DNA of 63,714 nucleotides, filler included, from Hyphochytrium catenoides (taxonomy: Eukaryota; Protista; Hyphochytriomycota), in the NCBI GenBank assembly GCA_900088475.1. It is 12 parts of 12 records of this genome, joined end to end, with 100 filler letters (N's around TTAATTAATTAA, not from the genome) between each part and the next. Parts side by side here need not be neighbours in the genome. Positions count along the whole stretch, not along the records: positions 12,292 to 25,787 come from FLMG01001695.1; positions 25,888 to 43,645 come from FLMG01004050.1; 10 more parts are not named here. One strand, given 5' to 3'. Positions 24,901-36,539 of the stretch are shown here, in pieces (the stretch's first letter is position 1; the number at the start of each line of letters is the position of its first letter). A program made the position numbers and the translations under genes. The notes beneath the pieces were generated by a model, which saw only the letters and a program-made list of their open reading frames with translations, did no database searches and was not told the origin of the DNA.

Positions 24901-25787
24901 GGGGAAAATATACCATCTCTCCGCCGGATTTCCTCCATTGAAGTGAGTGGCGAAGGAGATCCCCAAGTGCGGCTCCCGCTCTCTTCGAGGGGTAAAGAGG
25001 CTTTCGACAAGTGCATGAGGGAGCACTTCCAGTTTCCTGCTTATTTTGAACAGCTTGTCATCACTCGTCTGAGAGACGGTAGAGACAATGTCATCCGTCT
25101 CTCCTCTGTCCAGAAGTACTGGGACGAAGAGATACAAGGCAGGACGATGGAGCAGCGGTGCTGGGACCTACTTCGCACAGGAATAGGAGCGTCAAAGAGG
25201 GAGAAGGAGAAGGGTGACAGAGGAGGAGAGAAAGCGGTCGAGAGAGGAGGTAGAAGACGAGTCAAGAAAAACTACATCGCTCCTGAAGACCTTGACGGCA
25301 TTTTGAACGGCCTTGTCGCTTCTCACCCAGATCTCCGAGTGATCAGGAGAGACCCGCGCTTAGCGGACATGTACAAGACAGTGACGGTGACCTCAATCTT
25401 CTTCTCGTTCAACCTGAAACGGAACCAGCGTCTCTCTTGGGAAGAGTTCCGCCAGTCAGGCCTAACGGAAATTTTCTTCTCTGCACCACTCTCTTCTATT
25501 GAGTCTCTTTACCCGATTGGCGTCGTTCAGAACAAGTACCTCATTGACGCCTTTACAGAGCTTGACTGGGAGCAGCAGGGATACATTGGAAGCGAGGCCA
25601 TCCGCTCATTGGACCGGAGACTCTTCTCAGAGTACATCCTGAAGAGGATTTTTGACGGTTATCCCCGTCCATTGGCTCGGAAGGGGATGATGAGCTTTGA
25701 GGATTTTGTTTGGTTCACATTGGCGCTGAATGACAGAATGGGAGAGCTTTCTGCAGGGTACTGGCTGCGCTGTTTGGACGAGGATGG
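21906..25787 (+). CDS. Fusion protein: receiver (REC), pseudo-receiver, LOV-like PAS, coiled coil, PP2A B''(PR72)-like EF-hand regulatory domain; 3' truncated
   Basis: In-frame GT-AG exons 21906-22040, 22380-22926, 23079-23329, 23707-23973, 24262-25787. REC: ILVVDDS/LLVDVNMP/MLSS/IVKPF. LOV-like: FPLVFV...ILGKPMSVFEGKDTD...YYKKDGTPFWN...GVH. B''-like: NYIAPEDL...SHPDL...ELD...RIF...MSFEDFVWF...YWLRCLDEDG. Confidence 0.85.
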
Positions 25788-25976
25788 NNNNNNNNNNNNN
25801 NNNNNNNNNNNNNNNNNNNNNNNNNNNNNNNTTAATTAATTAANNNNNNNNNNNNNNNNNNNNNNNNNNNNNNNNNNNNNNNNNNNNAGTTAAGGTACGG
25901 CGCGGGTAAAGAGAGAGAGAAAAAAAGAGGAAGGCAACAAGATAGTGAGCGGCATCTAAGGCTTCCCTGATGACAG

Positions 25977-26647
25977 GCATCTCTATGACCCAACTGTGGA
26001 AGTGTATGAAGTGGTAAAGAAGCTCAATAGCCAGACACTGATCACCTATACACGGTAAGCCGCAGAAATAGTAGAGGACAGATAGAGAGAGAATCGAGAG
26101 AGAGGGGGAGAGAGAGAGAGAGAGAGAGAGAGCATAGCAGAAGAAGACAAGAGCATGGAAGAGCACTGGTACAGATTGATGTGCGAGTCTTCTGTCTTCA
26201 TTCCTCACTCCGCTTTCGACTCTTTTGCTCTCTCTCGATTCTCTCTCTCTCTCTCTCGTTCTTTCTCTCTCTCTCACATCCTACATGCCCTAATGATGGC
26301 CCTATCCCTATAAACTACTCCTCTTTCTGGGTTAATCAGGCACAAAGGAATCCCAGATGAACGTCCTTTGTATGATATCGTGAGCCTTCTGCACTGGAAA
26401 GTGGCGGAGGACGGCACGATTCTTATCATTGAGACAACGCCTAGTACTACTCCGATCGACCATCCTCTTGTGGCAGGAGTAGAGAGAGTCAGTAGGAAAT
26501 ATCAAGGTAAGGAGAGAGAGAAAGAGGAAAGGCAGAGAGAGAGAGAGAGACTGTCCGAAGGCAAGCCAATCGTGTTTAACTGCTCCGACCGCTTGTGTCT
26601 TTCTCTCTTTACCTTGCCGGCTAATCTCAATCAGCTCGCTTCCCTCC

Positions 26648-26697
<50 letters not shown>

Positions 26698-27327
26698 TCA
26701 TTCCTCGTCATGAGCTTTTCACCTCTTGTCTCTTCTTATCTCTCTGATTGCTGACGCTGTCTCTATCTATTAGTCTGGCGCGTCGCCCCGATCGCTGGTT
26801 ATGGTGCTGCGTACATTACCTTCGCCTCCTCCACGGAGTTCGGGGTTAAATTCTCTCCCACACAAGTCTCTTCCATCGTCAGCAGCATACCAGGCCTCTT
26901 AGACAGTAAGTGGGGAGAATAAGAGAAAGGAGAGAGAGAGAGAACAGAAAGAGAGGCGAGAAGAGAGAGGGAGACCTGTGCTGAATTGGGGATTGCGGTG
27001 AGGCTGGTATAATCATTCATCACAGATCTTAGGAGAGAGAGAGAAGAGAGAAAGAGTTAGGATAAGAGGAGGTCCATCGTCTACGAAACGATGCAAACAG
27101 TATCTTCCTTCCATTAGCTAACTCTTTCTCTTCTCTCTCTCTCTCTCTTGTTTCTCTCCCTAATTCTTCTGCGCTTTCTTCTCTGTTTTTGCTTGGCAGG
27201 CGTAGCACGTCTCCTTCAGCAGCAGCCGCTGCGCGATGAGGCGCTGAAGGGTCACTTGACCAACTTTTCAAAGATGACATTCTTCCGGACACAGAGAGAA
27301 AACAAAGAAGAGGAGGACGAAAAGTAG
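25977..27327 (+). CDS. START-like lipid-binding domain protein, C-terminal part (5' truncated)
   Basis: Exons 25977-26054, 26340-26506, 26774-~26905, ~27200-27327 splice to HLYDPTVEVYEVVKKLNSQTLITYTR...YDIVSLLHWKVAEDGTILII...P..AGVERV...VWRVAP...ITFASSTEFG, which follows the START strand pattern. Confidence 0.65.
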
Positions 27328-27436
27328 AGAGAGAGAGAGCATGGACAGAGCGAAAAGGAAAAACGAGAGCGACGCCCTTCCCTGAAGACAGAAAACCAGG
27401 AACAACGCGCCATTGCGGATCTCTTCCAAAATCTCA

Positions 27437-27475
<39 letters not shown>

Positions 27476-27636
27476 CTTCTTCTTCCTCCTTGTCTCCTCT
27501 CTGCAATCAATATGCCTTAATAGAGACACCATCCATGGGAGATAATGTATAAATAGAACCTTTTGCACATTTCCCTTGTAGCGCATTATCTCTCTCTCTC
27601 TCTCTCTCTCGTCTCTATAGGGTTGTCCCTCTGGCT

Positions 27637-28285
27637 CTACATCACCCCTTCAAAGGCCTGCAATCCTCCCTTCTCCATCTGCCGGTTGTCGCCTCTCTGC
27701 TCCCTGAATATCTCTTTGCTTTTCTCGAGGAAGAACTTGTAGTCATCTTTCTTTCTTCTTAGATCCTTGGCGCGGTAGATCTGGGTGATACATAGGCAAA
27801 CCTGGCGCGCGTGAGAGAGAGAGAGAGAGAGGAAGAGAGAGAGGAGGGTGTTGAGAAGAGGAGAGAGTTAGAAGGAGAGAGAGAGGGGCGAAAGCCAAAG
27901 AGAGAGAGAGAGAGAAGATAGAGGGAGAACGAAGGAATGGAAGGTAGACGGACAAATAACAGGAATTCAGAGAAGAAGAGAGGACGGTTTACAAAAACCC
28001 ATAACATCCTCTCTTGTCTCTTTTTCACGTCATCCTCCATCCTATGGACTCTCTCTGTCTCTCTGTCTCTCTGTCTCTCTCTCTCTTTCTCTCTTATCTC
28101 TTTCCATTCTATAACCTTTCTCTCTCTAACGCTCTCTCCCATAAAGAAGAAAGAGGACCAAGTGTATCACGGGAGCAGAAACGAACCTCGAACGTGAAAA
28201 TGAGGAAGACTCCAAGGAGGTAGAGCCCTGACCGCGCATAGTGCTGCTGTGAGCTGCATGCAAAGAAGAAGAGACGGAGATATTA

Positions 28286-28336
<51 letters not shown>

Positions 28337-30240
28337 GAAGAAGAAGAAGAAGGAGAGAGAGGGAGAGGGAGAGATGAAGGTGGGAAAGCGAGGGAGAAGA
28401 GAGAGAGAGAGAGAGAACAAGGAAAAGTGAGGACAGGAGAAAAAGAGGGGAAAGAGGAAGAGAGCAAAAGAGAAAGAGAAAGAGAGAGGGCACAGAAGCT
28501 GCGAACAGAATAACCGGAGAAAAGAGAAGACGAGAGATAGCTTAAACCACAGGTCCGATTGATAGGGGGAGAGGAGAGGATACAGAGGAGAGAGAGGAAA
28601 TGGGAGAGACTGAGAGAGACTGAGAGAGAGAGAGAGAGAAAGAAAGAAATAGAGATTCGTGCATCTTTCTGAGTTCACACGAAGGATGAGAGCTAGAGAC
28701 ACGCCAGAACAAGAAGAGAGGCACACATCCAACGAGAGAGAGAACAAGATGTGAACTAGCGAGCAAGCGAGAGAGAGAGAATACAAAGCGCTCGAAAAAC
28801 ACTTCTCTTTCTTACCACCCATTCTCGGGATCGAGGGTTCCTACACAAGCTCCGGCATTAAGGACAGAGGCAAGAAAGGCATCACTAAATAGAGAGAAAG
28901 AGAGAGAGNNNNNNNNNNNNNNNNNNNNNNNNNNNNNNNNNNNNNNNNNNNNNNNNNNNNNNNNNNNNNNNNNNNNNNNNNNNNNNNNNNNNNNNCATAT
29001 TTTCATGGAGTAAGTTAGTGCATCAGAGCGAAAGTGCAGTCAGAAAGGAAGAGTTGCAGAGGAGAGACGAGAATGAGACAAGTAGAGACAGAGAGAGAGA
29101 CAGAGAGAGACATGGGTGGAGAGGCACAGAGGAAAAGAGAGGAGTTCGGGAAAAGATCAGGCAGCCAAAAAGGAACAGTAAACCAGGTGATAGACAGAGA
29201 GAGAGAGAGACACTGGGGAAGAGTGAGAGTGAGAGAGAGTGAGGGAAAGACAGACAGAGGAGTCGAGAAAGAGAGAGGTACGTACCAGGAATCACAGCAG
29301 CAGGCCCGCTGTAGGAAAGGGAGAGCTCCATATAAGATCGCCCCTGCGGCGAGAGGAAAACCGAAAGCAGAGAGAACCGAGACCTGGAGAGAGAGAGAAA
29401 GTATTGTTGAAGAGTGAGACGGGAGAGGGATAGAAAGACAAAGATGGGAAGAGAAAAGGATGATAAAAAAGAAAGAAGGGAACAGGAATGAGAGGGTTCA
29501 GAGTGAGAAGACGAGACAGAGGCCAAAGAGACGAAGAGGAGAGAGGGCAGACAGTGAGAGAGGTACGAAGAGAAAGAGGAGCGAGAAAGGAGAGGCACGA
29601 TAGAGTTCAATGAAAGAAAAAAAAGAAAAAATAAGAGAGAGAGAGAGAGAGAGAGTGAGCCGAGCCAAAGAGAAGCACGGGAGAGAGAGGCATTGGAGAG
29701 AGAGAAAGAAGCTATGCGAGACTGTTTAAAGCAAAATAGTGAAGAGATCCAGCGCACGGGCAGCGCAAAGAGCGAGAGCAACTTACCACATAACTGAGGA
29801 CGAACCTCCTGCTCATGGAAGAGAGAAAAGAGATGACGAGGAGAAAGACTGCCCAAGCGCAGTTAAGCCATAGAATATAATACTGAGGAGCCTCCGCAGA
29901 GATGAGGTTGGCGCGGATCTCGGGCATGGAGGAGAAGACTTCCCAGGAAGAGAGAAGGAGAGACACCTATGGGAGGCAGAGAGAATGAGAGAGACAGCAA
30001 GGGGAGTAAGTACATGAGGGTGTGTTTTGTGTGTATGGGAGTGCGAAAAGAGAGAAAAGAGAGAAGAGAGAGAGAGCGAAAAAGGAAGAAAGAGCGAGGA
30101 AGAGAGAGAGAAAAGGACACAGAGGGAGTGAGAGAGAGAGAGAGAGAGAAAGANNNNNNNNNNNNNNNNNNNNNNNNNNNNNNNNNNNNNNNNNNNNNNN
30201 NNNNNNNNNNNNNNNNNNAGAAAGAGGGAGAGGGAGAAAA

Positions 30241-30279
<39 letters not shown>

Positions 30280-31147
30280 AAGAAAATGTGGCGTGGGAGG
30301 AAGAGCTAGGTTAGCCAGAGAAAGTGTGAGGCAGAGGGAGGACAAGACTAAGGAGGTGTGAAATCAAAAGTGGGGACATCACTGATAATGCAGACGGAGA
30401 GAGAGAGGGAGAGAGAGAGACAGAGAGACAGAGAGACAGACAGAGAGACAGAGAGAGAGAAAAATCACCAACAACAGACACAGGTGCGCAGTCTAGACGG
30501 TATGGAGGAGAGACTCGAAGTTACATTGGCGAGACAAAGAGAGAGAGGCGAAGGAAAGACGATGTTGAGCGGAAGAGATCCAAATAAAGAGAAACTCGAA
30601 GGGAAAGAGATTTAGAGAAAGAGAAACTTTGCAAGAGAGGGAGAGAGAGAGACCTCGAGGAAGGGAGAGACTCAAAAGAGAGAGACGACTAAAAGAACAT
30701 ACCAGTCCCACGGCCATGCTGATGACGACACCTCTCGCCCACATTCTTCAAATCTCTTTCACCTTCTTTTCTTCTTTCTTCTTTCTTTCCCCTTTTCTCT
30801 TCCCTGGCACTCTCCCCTCTTCTTCTTACACTCGATGCTTGCTCTCTCTTTGATGATCTTCTTTCACTTCTTCATATGAGAGAGAAGCGTCGGGAAAAGA
30901 AGAGAGAAAAGAGAAGAGAACTCCGCGTGTCTCTTTGTGGAGAGCACGTTGAGAGGCAGAGGAATCAGGTCAATCGATAGCCTCTCTGGGAACGTTGATT
31001 CTTCTCCTTCCCTTTGCTGGAAGAGAAGACAGAAAGCGAGGATAGGACGCCACCGCTTGCAATGGCACACAGAGAGAGAGAAAGAGAGAGACAGGTGACA
31101 GGAAAGAGAGACAGAAGAAAGAAGGAAAGAAAGAAAGAAAAGGAGAA

Positions 31148-31181
<34 letters not shown>

Positions 31182-31335
31182 NNNNNNNNNNNNNNNNNNN
31201 NNNNNNNNNNNNNNNNNNNNNNNNNNNNNNNNNNNNNNNNNNNNNAGAGAGAGAGAGAGAGAGAGAGACTCCACAAAGAGGAAAAGAGTATAGCCGGTGC
31301 GAAACTGTATTGGACGAGCAAAGTAAATCTAAGCC
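27637..31335 (-). CDS. Putative multi-pass membrane protein of unknown function; short exons in long microsatellite introns, 5' end undetermined
   Basis: Hydrophobic GT-AG-flanked islands, e.g. QYYILWLNCAWAVFLLVISFLSS (~29790-29965), SGLYLLGVFLIFTFE (~28190-28250), and a terminal VCLCITQIYRAKDLRRKKDDYKFF...*. Confidence 0.4.
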
Positions 31336-33100
31336 TATAAAGGAGAACAAGGGGAGAGAGAGAGGAAGAGAGATGATCGAGAAGCAATTGTAGAAAGGAG
31401 AAAAGGGAGCGGAAGGAGGGAGATGTGAAGGATAAACGGAGTTGGGCAGAGGATGAAGAGAGCGAGAGAGAGAGAGACTCACGGAGAGACAAAAGAGAGG
31501 TGAGGAGAGGAGAGAAAGAAGAAGAAAGAACCGAGGGGAGAGAAGAGTGAAGACGCGGCAAGAAGCGCATATACAGTTCGTAAGGAGAGAACGCTGGTCA
31601 GCAGCAGAGATATGCACAGCAGGACGATCAGAACAGGGAGATTAGTCAGCCGTGGAGGGGATGTCGAGAAAGAGAGGTGGACGGGAGACAGTGTGACTGA
31701 GAAGAAGGCAGAGGCAACAGAAGAGAGAGAGAAAGAGAGAGAGGGAAACAGGAGAAAGAGGAAGAGAGAGAGAGAGAGATGACAGGGAGAGGGAAAGATG
31801 ACCAATGATAGGGAATAAGAAACCCGTGTAACCGACATCTGGTGTGACTATCCGTCATTTTGTAAGTGCTATCTCGAATGTAACAATGATTACCGGCAGC
31901 TATTCAAAACAGTGGGCTTGCTACTTGCTACATCCTGCTTTTCTCTCTCTTCTCTCTCCCTTTCTCCTTTCTTTCCCTGTTCTCCTCTCTCTCTCTTCTC
32001 TCTCTCTATCGCTCTCCCCCACTTGTCTCTTTCTAAAGTACTCGCGCCCTCGATCAATCTTCTCACCATCATATAACTACTAGAAAGGTTCTTACATCTT
32101 CGCCTTCCCTTCTCTCCCTTTCACTAACCAGTTCTGCCATAGCTGACAGGGCGGAAGAAGAAGTGAGAAGAGACGTCTTTCTCTTCATTATAATCAGTCC
32201 ATCATCTCCTAATCTTCTCGACCGCCGCTCGCGGCCTTCTGTGAATTTTCTCCTTGTTAACTATCTGCCTCTGTGTGGTCAGCATCACCTGGCTCATGGC
32301 CTTCACCGCTATGAAGCGCGGCATTGATTACTTGGATGACGGAGTAGCTTCCTGGCTTGAAGTCTCTCTTACGTCACGCCCCGGATAGCTAGCCGTGACC
32401 GTCCACAAGCTTCCTAGGAAATGTCTTGCCCCTGGTTCATTAGATTCCTCTTCTCCTCATCAGCTCCTCTTCTGGTGGTTCTTCTCTCTTTTACTATCGC
32501 TAGTCCCCATCACCTCTCTTCTCTCTAGGTTAGCTTCTCCTCTGTTGCAATGCCTTTGGACTAATTATAAAAGGCAGACAAACCAGCGTCGGGCTTGTTC
32601 CCTTGGGTGTCCTGGAGCTTGACATAGATCTCTGTGTGTTAGCTCCATGCGCAGATTATATCACTACCATCATACAACCACCAAGGCCTTCTCCACCTGT
32701 GTCGAGCTAAGCTTAAACAATAATAAGCGCGTTGTTGGGGCTTTGTCAGCACCACCAATGGCGCCTTTCATTATGGTACTGGCCTGTGGGTCTCTTGCGC
32801 TGGGCTATGACGCTTCAAGCTCTGCTCATCATCGCCTCCAACATGAAAAGCAATGAAGCTTCACTTCGCGATGAAAAATCTCTAAACGATCAAACCTTCG
32901 TCAGCACCGCTGCACCTGGGGTGGCTCTGAGAAGGCGTTCGATATGGAATATGTCTGAGACCCGTTTTTAATGAGAAGGTTTCAAAGAACCTATATTAGG
33001 AATAGAGATGATGTCTGTGTCTCTTTGTGGTTCTGATGTCTCCCTCTCACATCCTCTTCCCCCCTCCAGAGTTTGGATGGTCTTCAACAACTCGACTTTC

Positions 33101-33140
<40 letters not shown>

Positions 33141-33542
33141 NNNNNNNNNNNNNNNNNNNNNNNNNNNNNNNNNNNNNNNNNNNNNNNNNNNCTCATCACT
33201 GTCTCTACCATTTTTTGCTCTTTCGCTCCTCTCCGCCTCTTTCTCTTCTCCCTCCCTCTCTCCGTCCCTCGCTTCTACTTCTCCTTCTAGCTCTCTTTTC
33301 TCGATACCAAGACTGTCTCTGGGTTGTCTCCGTGGTATCGCAAGCTCAGTCCCGCTCCTCTTCCTCCTCGCTGTCTCACTCAATCTGTCTTCCTTCCTCC
33401 CTTATCCAGCTTCTTATCCTCTGTCACTCGCTATCGCTTTACCTCTCTCTCCCGCCGCTTGTGCAGCGTGTTCCTCTCCGAGAAATTAAGAGCGAGAAGA
33501 GAGAGACAGAGAGAGAGAGTAATAAAGAAAGAAGACACAGAA

Positions 33543-36505
33543 ATGATTGGAAGAGGCTGCCTGCGTAGTGTCTCGCGCTTGCCCAGGCGTGTTACCTCAG
33601 TGATAGGGAGAAGCTCTCTTCTGCCGCCTTCTTCTCTCTCGCCTTTCTCTCTTCAACCTCTTCCTTCTTTCTCTCTCGTACGAGGGTTCGCGAAGAAGAA
33701 AGAGAAGAAGCGTCCAGAGGGAGGAAGAGGAGGAGGTGCGGGCGGCGCTCGAGGATCAAATGGAGAAAGAGAGAGAGAAAAAGCGTCTCCTCCCACTGCT
33801 GCTGCTCCTCCGACGTCAAACGAGTACATTTTCTCTTTGAACGAGGTCACAAAGCAAATACCAGGCGGAAGGACGCTCTTTCAAGAGTAGGTTGAACCTA
33901 CAACGAGCCTGTCTCTCTCTCTCTCTCTCTCTCTCTTGTATTTTCTTCCTACTTTTAGGATCCATTCCCTGGCAACTTGTGATGTCTCTTCAGTCTGCAT
34001 GCCGTTCTCTCTCTTTCACGTCTTCTCTCTTTCTCTTTCTCTTTCTTTCTCACTCTCTCTTTTCTCTCTCTGTCTCTCTTCGATTTCCAGTGCTTTTTAT
34101 CATACACCTCGCTTATCATTTCCTTTATTCATCCTCTGTCAAGCCGGCACCTGCCACTTCCCCTCTTGCTTTGCCTTTATTCTCTCTCTGCAATGCCTGA
34201 ATGGTATCTAGTCAAACTGGTCCTCTTTCTCTCTCTCTCCCCTTCTGTCTCACCAAATATCGTGATCGTGACGCAGCTCTCTGTCTTTTCTCCCTGGGTT
34301 GTTCTCTCCATCGGTCATTCTCTTTTCTATCCCCCTCTCCTGTTCCCCTCTCGGCTACTTCTCTCCCTGTCGCACTGTTCTCTTTTCTAATCCCCGTCTC
34401 TCTGTCGCTGTCTCTCTCTCTCTCTCTCTCTTTGCTTCTTCATCCCTCTCCCTGGTCTGTGTGCTTCACAGTGTCAGCTTGCAATTCTTAAAAGGCGCGA
34501 AGATAGGAATTGTGGGAAGCAATGGCGCTGGAAAGTCTTGTCTACTGCGAATCATGGCAGGGGTGGACAAGGTAAGAACGATAGAGAGAGAGAGAGAGAG
34601 ACAATAATTAGGAGAAGAGAGCAGCAACTGGGGGTAGAGATAGAAGGACAAGAAGAGAGAGTCTTGACCATCTCTCTCTCTCTCTTCCTCACTCGTCTGG
34701 TCCCTAACTCCTCTTCTGCTAAGGGCTTTCCTCTTTTTCCTATTATTCTTTCTTCTCTCGACCCTTTTCTTTCGGACTTTTTTTAATGCCCCTCGTTCTG
34801 GCTCTCTNNNNNNNNNNNNNNNNNNNNNNNNNNNNNNNNNNNNNNNNNNNNNNNNNNNNNNNNNNNNNTTTCAGGACTTCGATGGCGCGACTTGGCGGGC
34901 AAATGGTCTGCGAGTGAGCTACTTGGCCCAAGAGCCCGACTTAGATCATAACAAGACGGTGGAAGAGAACATTGCCGACGGGCTGAGAGAGAAGAAAGCA
35001 CTCCTCGAGAGGTTCAATGAGGTCTCAATGGCTATGGGAGAAGAGGGAGCGGACTTTGACAAGCTTTTGGAAGAACAGGTAGGAAGATTTAAGCAGAAGG
35101 GAGAGGAGAAGGAAATAGAGGAAGAGAGAGAGAGAGAGAGTGAAGAGGGCCCACTGTGGTGCATCATTAGAAAGGGAGAGAAATGACGATAAAGAACTTC
35201 GGAAGGTTTCTTTCTCTGTGGTACTTGGTTAGGTTGTAGTCGTCTGTGGCTTCGGAGCCTCTCTCTCTTTTCTGCATATAGTCTGGCACCTGCCTTCTTG
35301 TCTCTTTCTCTCTTCGCTCTCGGTCTCTTTTCGTTCCCTCGCCTTCTCCCCTCTTCTCAATCCTCCCTTCCTTCTCTCTCTCATTCTCCTCCGTCTAGTG
35401 GCCGTTCGTGCTCTCCGAGCCAAGCGGCCTTGACGGAGACTTAAGACGGAAGCAGCAAGCCTCTCTCTCTCTTTCTCTCTCTCTCTCCCTCTCTCTCTCT
35501 TCTTCTTCTTCTCTCTCTTCCACCGAACTTCATCCCCTTCCATCCTCTTCGCGCTTGTTCTAACCGCGGCACCACGTTCTGTCCTCGCTCGCAGGCTGCT
35601 CTGCAGAGCCGCATCGAGGACTTGGACTGCTGGGACATCGATCGCTATGTTGATATTGTTAGCGAGGCGCTTAGAGTTCCTCCAGGAGACTCTACGATCT
35701 CAACTCTTTCCGGAGGAGAGAAGAGAAGGTCAGAGCCTAGAACGCATAAGTCCAGGCAAATCTAAGAGAGAGGATGGGAAAGATAACGAGGGAAGAGGCA
35801 TCAAGAGAGAGAGACCTACAGTGATAAAGGTGGAGAGAGAAGGAGAGACCAACTTGAGAAGAACCGACGGGAGCGTTTCCGCTACTTCTTATCCTTCCTC
35901 TTCCCATCCGTAGAGTCGCCTTGTGTCGCATGCTTTTGGAGGAACCTGACATGTTGCTGCTGGACGAGCCGACGAATCATCTTGATGCGGAGACTGTTGG
36001 TTGGCTCGAGAAGTTTCTTCAGGTTACTCTCTCTTGTTCTGTCTCTATTTTTCTTTCTCTGGGTCTGTCTGTCTTTCTCTTTTTCTCTCTCTCTCTCTCA
36101 TTCTGTCTGGTGTCTGTCGTGTATCTCTCTCTCTGTTTTCCTCTTTCTCTCTCTCTCTTTCTCTCTTCCTTCCTTTTCTCGCCAATAAGTGGTTTTCACC
36201 TTCGTAAAACTAGGGATGTCCGTGTTACCTCTTCTTCTGACCTTCCCTTGCTTGTTCGCTCTCGTTATCTCATGAATCTCACTAGGGATGTCCGTGTTAC
36301 CTCTTCTTCTGACCTTCCCTTGCTTGTTCGCTCTCGTTATCTCATGAATCTCCTTTGCTGTCAGGCTCTCGTAGTGTTTCGGTCTGTTCACTCTCAGCAT
36401 ACTCTTCCTATACTTCTCCTCCCGGGGCCATTCCTTTCGCGCCCTGCAGTCTAATGGCCTTCAGATTATTAGCGGGTTCTCCCTCTTGTATAATTCGCAC
36501 GGCAG

Positions 36506-36539
<34 letters not shown>

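Noticed and set aside
21906-27327. Extending the REC-PAS-B'' protein into the START exons, or treating neighbouring genes as a cluster
   Set aside because: A linker at 25788-25887 separates unrelated scaffolds.
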